Below are positions 12,770 to 22,500 of a stretch of DNA of 64,000 bases, one piece after another; positions within the stretch are counted from its first letter, which is position 1, and every line of letters begins with the position of its first letter. This DNA comes from Lama glama (lineage: Eukaryota). A program made the translations under genes and the position numbers. Location of the stretch: NCBI GenBank assembly GCA_028534125.1, contig CM052816.1:18540001-18604000 (forward strand), given 5' to 3'. The notes beneath the pieces are model-generated. The model was not told the DNA's origin, made no database searches, and saw only the letters and a list, made by a program, of their open reading frames with translations.

Positions 12770-12951
12770 GACGCGGGCGGGGGTGCGCATTGAGAGGCCT
12801 CCCGGACACCTCGGACAAGCTCTCGGTCAGGCAGCCGGGAGAGGGGAAGGACAGGGTGACGCAAACAGCTCGTGGGCGTGGAGCGGTTGCAGTCCGCCCC
12901 CTCCACGTCATTCCGTAATCCTCCAGAGGTTGGGATCCTCGTTAGCCACCC
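12770..12951 (+). promoter_or_regulatory. Upstream elements of the vault RNA gene: CRE-like sites and GC boxes
   Basis: CCACGTCA (TGACGTGG on minus) at 12903-12910; TGACGCAA at 12857-12864; CCGCCCC at 12894-12900; GGGCGGGG at about 12775-12783. Confidence 0.6.
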
Positions 12952-13044
12952 GGGTCGGCTTTAGCTCAAGCGGTTACTCCGTCCCATTGGACTTCTAGTT
13001 CCTATATGGGGGTTCGAGACCCGCGGGTGCTTTCTGACCCTTTT
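12952..13044 (+). ncRNA. VTRNA2-1: Vault RNA family gene, orthologue of nc886/vtRNA2-1 (Pol III)
   Basis: Sequence GGGTCGGCTTTAGCTCAAGCGGTTAC...GGTTCGAGACCCGCGGGTGCTTTCTGACCCTTTT. A box TAGCTCAAGCGG (12962-12973), B box GGTTCGAGACC (13011-13021), terminal stem GGGTCGG/CTGACCC, T4 terminator (13041-13044). Lies beyond the TGFBI 3' end on the opposite strand, as recalled for human. Confidence 0.95.
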
Positions 13045-13399
13045 GCCTACTGAATTAAAATAGAATTTCATCTCTTCAGAAAAATTTAATACTTCCTCTA
13101 TCATTCTTCATTTTGCCCAGTAACATAATTCATCGGTTGATGACAATAAATTGAGGTAGATATGACGGCTGGACGGAGCGCATGGAACGGATCACTCCTG
13201 GGTCCCAAGTTAGCCTGATCCTAGATGGCCGAATGACCAACCTCCGCCGTGAGATAGGATACGTGCCAGCAAAAAAATAGCGCGGGACCCGAAATTAACA
13301 GTTAAGGTCAGAATCTCGGGACCTTCGAGTCACAGTGTGGATAATAAATACTCCAAGTACAACGAGAACGCCTCCAGAACGTAAATACAACCACTGCCA

Positions 13400-13529
13400 T
13401 TTATTTTATCTTTTAAATCGAAGTATAGTTGATTTAGTGTTGTATTAGTTTCTAGTGTACAGCAAAATGACCGTTATAATACATATTTTTCAGATTCTTT
13501 TCCATTATAGGTTATTACAAGATATTGAT
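13400..13529 (-). mobile_element. Short artiodactyl-type L1 3' terminus inside the CpG domain
   Basis: gaagtatagttgattt...tttctagtgtacagc...ccattataggttattacaagatattga; homologous to 6690-6810. Confidence 0.75.
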
Positions 13530-14899
13530 CCCCCCCACCCCCGCGCATATATCACGGTCGGTGAACCACAGTGATACCTCTCCTCCCTTACACCTTAGCC
13601 GCCCCATTTTTCTTTCAGGTCCTGGATCGCCCCGAGTTCCTCCCTTGCAGCCTTGGGGGCTGTACCCACTGGAACGGTCTGCCGTGTGCCTCACTCCCAA
13701 CCAAAAGATTTCTGCTCTTATCCTCCCTTCACACCTTACTGGTTTCCTTCATAATGTCTGCAGGATCTGCAGGCATTGTATGTAATTTGGCTTGATGTGG
13801 GGATAAGCCACGCGGAAGTAGGACCTTCTACCCTGGTAGTACTCACCGCATCTCGTACTTGTAGGCCATACTGAGCGATGGTTGACTTGGTTAATAACGC
13901 GCACACACAAGTACTTTTCAGATTAAACTCCTGGAAGTGGAACTGCCATCTTCAGGGCTTTAGAAACGCACTTCGGATGTTCCCTCCAGAAAGACCAGAT
14001 TAAGATGGGGAGGGGCCTTGGGTCTCAGGGGATGAAATCCCGGTGGCTCCAGGGAAGAGGAGACTGGGCTCTCAAGGGGGAAGCGGGGGGTGGTCAGGGC
14101 CACAGAGAGGTTCTCCTGGGGATGCTCTCGGGCAATAGTTCCAACTTTCCTCTGGACCCTGCATCGGTAGGGACCACCTACCAGCCGGCCTTGCCTTCCA
14201 CCCGCCTTGGCTTTGAAATCTTTTGATCACACCACGGGCATTCGATCACACCAGGATGTATCCCGCTTTCGAGTCTTTTCAGGGTTGCTGCCCCACCTCC
14301 TCAGTGAGCACTGATCAGCCCGCAGCAGCCGCAGCTCAGGCCTGCGCCCCACCCCCATGCCTTCCTCTGCAGTCACTGAGAACACATTCCTTTGGTTTGC
14401 GCCCCAGGCATAAAGAATTCCTGGGACCGCGTGCCCTCAGGCGATGGACAACCAGGCCTCTTGTGGCCTCACTATGTGCCTCAAGCTGGCAGGTATGGAG
14501 AAAACCTTCAGGGGCTCGAGCACCCCATACACCCTAATAAGCCACAGGATCCTCAAAGGGGCCTAGGAACAGCCGACATCCCGCAAGCAAACACCTCCAC
14601 CTGAGGGAGAGACCTGGCTCAGAAAAAGGAGCATCTCTCTCTCCACCCACCCACTCACCATGGAACCTTGGACCTCGCAAAGGAGAGAAACTGAGAGGCG
14701 AGCTTGTAGAGCTGGCCCCAGCTTGGAAGCTGAGCTATTAGCAGTCATGTGGGGAGGGGGATGGGAGAGGAGGGGAGGGATTAAACTGGACATCAGTCAA
14801 TACTTATTTTCTAATCTTACATGAAGAACACAAATTACTGAACTGTAAAGCAAAACAAATGGCAAACCCTTCCTGCTTTGGTTCAGACGACTTCTCCAC

Positions 14900-16335
14900 T
14901 GAGGGATCTTCTTAAAATTACAGATTCCTGGGCCACATCTCAGACAGCAGAATCAGGATCATTGGGTGGTACCCCCGAATCTGCATTTTTAAAGAACTCT
15001 AAGGTGACTATTTCATACCTCCTTCCTCCCCTTGTCTTATATTTCCTAAAATGAATTCATGTACACCCAGGAGAATTTCCTCGCCATCCTACCACCAAAG
15101 CCACTTCTCCCCCTGCATCCTAGAACAGTGCTTGGCATACGACAGGCATCCAATACATATTTACTGAAAGAATGAATGAGTGTTTGGAATGATAATCCCA
15201 CCCCCTCCTTTCAGGGAGGTGCTAACTTTCCTTATTTCCTCAGCCAGGGGAAATCCCATTGCTTTCCAGAAGTGAATGGTTAGGCTCCAGAAACCGATGC
15301 ATTAAATCAAGGGAAAAAAAACCCAAACAAATGTATTACATCTCCCCGGCAGCTCTTGGTAAACCAATAAATAGTTGAGAGAGGACTGAGCCTGATCTCA
15401 TTAAAGCCATAAAGTGAATGGCTTTCCTTTAAGAATGTTGCTTTCTGCATATTTACATCATGATGCTAACACAGCTGGAAACTGGAGGATTCCTGCTAGG
15501 TTCCAGATGTGGCTGGCAGGATCTTAATCTGCTTCCCGCTCAACCTGACCTGGCCCCCTTGGGAAACAAAGATTTGCCTTTGGAGCTCAAAGTAGAGAAG
15601 CCTTAGAGAGCTAGACACCCCTCCTCTGCTCAGCCCGAGCTGCTGTCCCAGCAGCCGCGGCCATTTCTTTAACATTGGTTCTCAAACTCTCCCCTGTGTC
15701 AAAATCACCAGGGAGACTTGTTAAAATCGCTGGCTCCATCCCCTGAATTTCTAATCCAATAGGTCAGAGGTGGAGCCCCCAAATTTTCACTTCTAAGAAG
15801 CTCACAGGTAATGCTGCTAGGACTGTAGTTCCCAGGACTATGCTTTTAAAAACTTTGGCCTATGGCAGATCTTCCAAATCTGCTGGGATATTTGTCACTC
15901 AAAGCGCAGCCCTGGGAACAGTGGCATTAGTGTCACCTGGAAACTTCTTTGAAATGGAGAATCTGAGGCTCCATCTCAGAACAATTAAATTAGAATCATT
16001 TCAACAACTTTGAGAAGCACCGACCTGGGGTGTGTGGTAAATATGCTAATTTCTGGTCTTCTTTGGGTCCAACTGAAAGACTCTCATGGGATAGGGCCTA
16101 GAAATCTGCATATGTAACAAGGTCCCCAGGGGGTTGGGTTCTTAGGCGGGGCGGAGTAGGTGACAGAAAATTGTTGCTTTGCACATTAAAATCACCAGGG
16201 GAGGTCTTGAGAGTACTGAGGCCCTGAGTCCCTTAAAACCAATTAAAATCACAATGTCTGACACTGAGGTCTAGCCTTTGGAATTTTAAAAAGCCCCTCA
16301 GGGATCTAACAAGTAGCAGGGTTGATGACCACTGC
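14900..16335 (+). mobile_element. Cluster of MER5-like (hAT-Charlie) DNA transposon fragments
   Basis: Repeated motifs ggttctcaaact, aatcaccaggga, aatctgcattttt and tttgagaagcac at about 14900-15010, 15675-15860, 15895-16025, 16040-16150 and 16175-16335. Confidence 0.6.
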
Positions 16336-17202
16336 TCTTGGCTTGTTGCTGGATATATGCCTTCCCCCTTGGCTACCCAAAGTAGTGGTTAGAAGAGTCT
16401 AGAGTCAGCATTGGGTCTGAATCCTGACTTAACCATTAATAATGCCTCCTTGAGTAAATTACACAAGCTTGCTAAGCCTCAGTTTCCCATTTTGTAAACT
16501 AAAGCAAATGTAAGATGATAAAAGACAATGTGTCCTAGCACTCAGATTTTTCTGGTTGGCACCAGAATGGAATTGGAGGCTCTCCAAGACCCTTTGTGAT
16601 TCAATTTCCCTCTTACCAGCCAGCTATGCAGCCACCTTTGGCTGCTATAGGACAGAAGCTTGTAGACTGTTAAGTGTGTTAAAATGCAAAAGGGGACACA
16701 TGTTCTCAGAAGGCTCTGCAAACACTCACAGGCCCAGCTGATGGGCATCATCATTTGAAGGCCAAGTGTAGTCCCACTATGACTGCGAGTGTCCTTAGGG
16801 TGACAGCTGGCCCACCAAGGGGTCACCTAAGAACGTGTGAGGAGGGGATGCGACCAACCCAAGGCAGTTCTATACCCCCAGCCCTCAGCAGCTCTCTTGT
16901 GGGTCTGGGACAGTCTTAGAGGCAGGGGATCACCCTGCTTCCAGAGGAAGGGCCTATACCTGCCCAGTGTGGCCTCATAGGGCCTGGCCCTGAATCTCAG
17001 CCCCAGAGATCCCATCTTGGCCCAGGATGCAGGTTTTCCACAAAGCAAGGGCAATTCAAAGGCCTCCACAAATGCTGAGTAAAGAAAAAGAAACTAAACT
17101 CACAGGCTTATCCCCAAACATGAGTTTTCTAATATTGAAAATAGAGTTAGAAAGTTGAACAAATGGTTTTTCTTTCTAATCGTTCACTGTTTTAAATGCC
17201 TA

Positions 17203-17718
17203 TGTTAGTTGCTACTGCCATCCAACAACTTCTCATAAACTTAGGGACTTAAAACAACACCACAATACTAACGCTTTCCCAGTTCTATGAGAATTCTGGG
17301 TGGACTTCCCTGGGTTCTCTGCTCAGGGTCCCACGGGATAAAATTCCAGTGCCGGTGGGCTCTTACCTGGAGGCCCTGGAGAAGAATTGGTTTCCATGCT
17401 CATTTGGGGGGGCTTTTGAAGGTCTGAGGGGCCCATTTCCCTGCTGGCTGTCAGCGGGGCTGCCCTCTGCTCCTAGGAGCTACCCAGGGGCCTTCTTACT
17501 TGGCTTTGTCTATCCTCAAGCCAGCAACTTTGCGCCAAGTATTCCTCAGCCCTCAAATCTCTGACTGCCACCTTGGCTACCAGTCGGAGAAACCCTGCTT
17601 TTAAACAAGGGGCGTGCGACTAGATTGGACCCACTGGAATAATCTCCCTTTTGCCATCAAGGGAGTAACACTAGGGGTGGAGTTCACGTAGGCCATCTTA
17701 GAATTTGGCCTACCACAA
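17203..17718 (-). mobile_element. MLT1-type LTR
   Basis: aaacttagggacttaaaacaac ... gccatcttagaatttggcctaccaca. Confidence 0.7.
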
Positions 17719-20299
17719 TGCCTGTTTTGTTTTATTTTAAAACTTTTAATAATTTATTCGGGCACAATAAAGGAAAGTTACAATATGTGGTATATGCCCA
17801 CATTTTCCTCAGAAACAAAACCTGTAAGTAAGAACCTGTTCCAGTAATTTGACAAAGGCTGTCACTGGTTGTTAGAATTATAGGTCATCTTTACTTTTTC
17901 TTTCTGCTTCTCCATATTTTCTAAACCTTTTGAAAGAGAAAGTGTTAATTTTGCAAAAAGAAAAAAGTTACCTTCAAAAGCAGAGAAACCTGACTCTTTT
18001 AGATGTTAAAAGATACTAAATTAACACCAATTTAGGTGGTGTGGTACAGATGCAAGCACAGATATACAGATCAGAGGAAAAGAAAATGTGGTCCAAGACA
18101 CAAGCTTATATGGATAACCAAGTGTTATCTCCAAGAAGGCAAAACGATATAATGGGGAAGGAAGTAACTGTAAAATTCCTGGGGCTGGGATAAAAATTTG
18201 GAGGTGGAAGTATTCATTAAGACCCTAAATTCCCATCTCTCAGTAAATCAAATTCAAACTGGATTTAAAAGTTAACAAGGAAATGATAGACATATTAGGA
18301 AATACACCTCAATTCACAAATATGATTTTTCTAAAGCTAAACATATGGTTAGAAAGATGACCACAGGGCTTTTATTTTTAATCATCCACTGGTATAAATT
18401 CCATAATCTCTAAAAAAGGTATAGGATATTAATAAATACCTCTGAAGATCTACTTTCTGTTTGGGGTATTCCTCCTGGTTGAAACTCTCAAGTATGTAAA
18501 CTATAGACCACACATAAAGGTGTTTGCTCGTTACTCAGGTACCCAGGGTTCCCGCCAGTGTAGCATCTCTCATGTTGAAAACAGTTTGCATTCCGAGTAA
18601 AGTCTCCCCACCCCACGTTCCTAACATCCTCAGGGTTTCTCCCCAGTGTGCATTGCTGAGATGGGCTGTGCTGTGAGCTCTCTCTGAAGGCCTTTCCACA
18701 TCACACCCGGTTGGGACATCTCACTCCTCTCTTGCTGCCGGGCTGCCACTGCCCCATGGACGGCCAGCCACGATTCCCTGTTGCAGGCTCAGAACTGGGT
18801 TGTGGTTTGATGACCTACTCGTCCTATACGAATTGACGACCTACTGTGTGTCTAAGCTAGATGCTTTGGGGGCAGAGGATGTGCTTGCTACACCAGGAAG
18901 CATACAGTGCTGCGGAATTCAGGTCTGTATGAAAGTATACAGAATAGGACTCAAGGGGGAGCAGTTATCAAAACTGTGTTGTAGGTCCCTGTGCATTTCT
19001 CTGATGAAAGAGCCCTTAGTTTTCATCAGGAGTCCCTGGCTTAAGGAAGATTAGGAATCCCTGCTTGAGGCTGGAAGTTACTAGGATCTGAATGAAGGAG
19101 TTTCTTCTCAGAGTAGGCCTGGGATTTGAAGCTGCATGTTGGCCATTGAGAGACTGTTCTTCCTTCATTCTCAGCCATGTCCAGGAACTGCCCCTGCGTG
19201 CCTGGAGAACTGAGGACACAGGGTGCTGACGCCGTGGCCCCATCTTTCCTCCCCTCCCCCACCAGGGTGGGACTGACCTCATCCTCTACCAGGGCTGCTC
19301 CCCTCACCCTCATGTCTGGGAGCCCGACTGAGATCTGCCATCAGGGAAAGGGCCCTGGCTGCAGATGGCTTCCTTAAACTCGAGTTATTTATGGGCTGTT
19401 GCCAGGGAGCTTTGGGACTCACTGGCCCTCCTGACAGGGGAGAGAGTGGTTTTCCATCTGTTCACTCAAAAACTCATTTCCGCCCAAATGAGAATATTTA
19501 ATCAAAAGTCTTTTTCCTCTGTCTCTGCCGCTCCCAAATCTCAGACCTTCCTTCTCACAGAACTGGAGGAAGAGGCTCCTGGAAATGGGGAACAACTCTC
19601 TAAGCATGAAACTTCCACCCCCAAGTTGTTAGAGGGTCAGGCCATCTGCTCCAGACGGAATGGCCCATTCTGCAGTGTGACCAGGCAGCCATTTGTGCCT
19701 TCTCTGGACCCAGATCTTCTCCTTGACCTGTGTGGGGCCTGCTGACCCACGTGTGCACTGCCTCAGGCGGGCTTCTCAGCCAGCATGGACTGAAACTGCC
19801 CCAGGGACAGGGACACCCAAAGTCCGCTTTCCTGGAAGAGACCTGGGGAGAGTGCTGGATGTGGGCTTCTTCCAGCTCACACGCCTGAGAGCCCCCGAGG
19901 AAGACACCCCAAGTGTCTAGCTGGAAACCAGGCTCTGTGGTAACACCTACTGAATACTTTACTGTGTGCCAGGCCCTGTGCTAGGTGTTGGGACACAGGG
20001 GTGGGATAGCACCCCTCCCTCACAGCAGCTCACACCCCAGCAGGGGAAGCCAAGAAGGATGGAGGAAATTACTCTGAGTAAGTTACTGGGCCTGTGATAA
20101 CGAATGCACAGGGGATGGAGGGAGGGGCTTCTGGTCCAAGCTTGAAAAATGAGATTGAACAAGCAGATTATTTCCAGTTTTCCATTTACCTACAGGGCAC
20201 TCAGTCCTTGAAAGTGGCATCCATTCAAGCACTCAAACCAGAAAATGTATCCTCCTCACCCTTCTTCCCCTCTCACTCCAGATGTAAGTCCTTTTGCCA

Positions 20300-22500
20300 A
20301 GGTTCCTGATGACATTCACATGGTCAAATCCAACGGGGACACCAATGATTTAACATGGCTGATGCTCCCTCCTTCTTGAATGCTTCTCCTCTGTTGTCTT
20401 CCAGGCCTCCTCACATAACTTCTCAGGCCCTTTTGCAGGTTTCTCTTCCTCTATGGAGCCTTCAAATGCTGGAGCAATCCTAGGCTGTGCCCCAGGCACT
20501 CATTTTCTCTATGTTTTCTCACTAGGTGATCTCACCCAGTCGTGGGTTTTGAATAACATCTAGAGTATCTGATGATACCCAAACACCCCATCTCAGGCCT
20601 GACCTCTTCCCTGAACTCTTGGCCTGGATATCTAAAAGCCTTCTTGACAGCCCACTTGGATGTTTAATGACTTCTCCACTGTAAACTATCCAAAGCAGAA
20701 CCCTTTCTTTTCTTTTGCTGGCAGTTTCTACCTTCTTTTTCTGCATTTTAGAAAAAATGGCACCACCTCTTAGCAAGCTGTTCAAGGTGAAATCATTAGC
20801 ATCCCTCTTAAATTCTCCCTTTCTCTCACACCTTTTCTCCAACCCATCTTCAAGTCCTATCTGTTCTACCTTCAAAATATACCTCAACTCCTTCCATGTC
20901 CTTCCATCTCTAGGGCCACAGCCCTGGTCCTCCATCATCTCTTGCTCGGATGACTATAATGGCCTCCTGACAGGTTTCCCAGCTTCCACTCTTACCATCC
21001 ACCCCAATCTATCTTCCACACTGAAGCCAAAGCAATCTTTTAAAAATATACTAGAAAATTAAGAAAATAATCCCATTTGTAGTAGCATTAAAAAAAAAAA
21101 AAACCAACAGACAACTTGAGGATTAACATAACCAGGCTTCTATGAAAGACTTATACACTGAAAAGTGCATACCATTGCTGAAAGAAATTAAAGAAGACAC
21201 AAATAAATGGAAATATAACCTGTATTCATGGATTGGAAGACTTAATATTGCTCAAATGTCAATACTGCACAAAGTGATCTACAAATTCAATATTACCCCT
21301 AAAAAAAATCCCAAAGATTTTTGTGCAGAAAAGGAAAAATCCATCTCAAAATTCATCTTGAATCTCAAGGGACCCTGTGTAGCCAAAACAATCTTGAAAA
21401 AGAGGAACAAAGTTGAATGACTCACATTTCTTGATTTCAAAACTTACTATAAAGCTATAGTAAGCAAAACAATGTGGTTCTGGCATAAAGACTGACATGT
21501 AGACCAATAGAACAGAGAGCCCAGAAATAAAGCCTTGCATATATGGCCAAATGATTTTGAACAAAAGTCACCAAGACCATTCAGTGGGGAAGAATGTGGA
21601 GAAACTGGAACCCTGATGCACTGCTGGTGGGAATGTAAAATGGTGCAGCCACTATGGAAAACAGTTTCTCAAAAAATTAAAAATAGATCCAGCAGTTCCA
21701 TTTCTGGGTATACACCCACAAGAATGGAAAGCAGGAATATGGTATTTATACGCTCATATTCATAACAGCATTATTCACAATAGCCAGAAGCTAGAATCAA
21801 TCCAACTGTGCACTGATGAATGAATGGACAAACAAAATGTGGTATATAAACAATGGAGTATTATTCAGCCTTAAAAATGAAGGAAATTCTGACACATGCT
21901 ACTATGAGGAAGAACCCTGAAGACATTATGTGAAGTGAAATAGGCTGGTCACAAAAGGACAAATACGGTACGATTCTATTTATATCAAATACCTAGAGGA
22001 GTCAAATTCATCAAGAGAGAAAGTCAAACAGTGGTTACCAGGGGCTGGGGAAAGGGAGAATGAGGAATTAGTGTTAATGGATGTAGTTTCAGTTTTGCAA
22101 GATAGAAGAATCCTGGGGATTGGTTGCACAACAATGTGAATATATGTGATGCCACTGTACACTTAAGAAGGGTTAAAACGGTAAATTCCATGCTACGTAT
22201 ATTTACTACAAAAAAAAAATTCTGATCATGGCACACCTCTCCCCATCTCTCTCCCATGAGTAAAACCCTCCAGGGCTCCTCACTGTCCTAAGGATAATGT
22301 CTAAAATCCTCACCACAGTCCCATGGACAGGCGAGGTCTGGCTCCCACACATCCATCTCAGCAGAGGAACCTTCCCTCCTCTCTGCACTCTGGCCGCACA
22401 GATCTCCCCAGCGCGTGCCTCAGAGCCTTGATGCACACTGCTCCTTCAGCCCAAATTCTCTTCCCCAGCCCCTCATTCTTCAGGCCTCAGTGTCAACTCA
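20300..22500 (+). mobile_element. L2 element split by an L1 insertion
   Basis: L2-like sequence at 20300-21045 resumes at about 22222 (ctgatcatggcacac...). Confidence 0.65.
21046..22220 (+). mobile_element. L1 (L1MB-like) ORF2 fragment, 3' UTR and A tail
   Basis: MKDLYTEKCIPLLKEIKEDTNKWK...SWIGRLNI (L1 ORF2); ETGTLMHCWWECKMVQPLWK; A tail at 22210-22219. Confidence 0.9.

Larger units (their letters stand above)
12550..14600. promoter_or_regulatory. CpG island / CpG-enriched domain around the vault RNA gene
   Basis: Dense CpG at 12620-13390 and continued elevated CpG to about 14600, against CpG-poor flanks. Confidence 0.75.

Noticed and set aside
12952..13044. Interpretation as a pre-miRNA (mir-886)
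   Set aside because: A/B boxes and the T4 terminator mark a Pol III vault-family RNA; the human mir-886 assignment was reclassified.
14068..14090. Possible downstream CTCF site (CTCTCAAGGGGGAAGC)
   Set aside because: Several mismatches at high-information positions; too weak to call by eye.
21142..21765. ORFs resembling reverse transcriptase-associated protein
   Set aside because: Broken L1 ORF2 fragments with stops and a deletion; not a functional gene.
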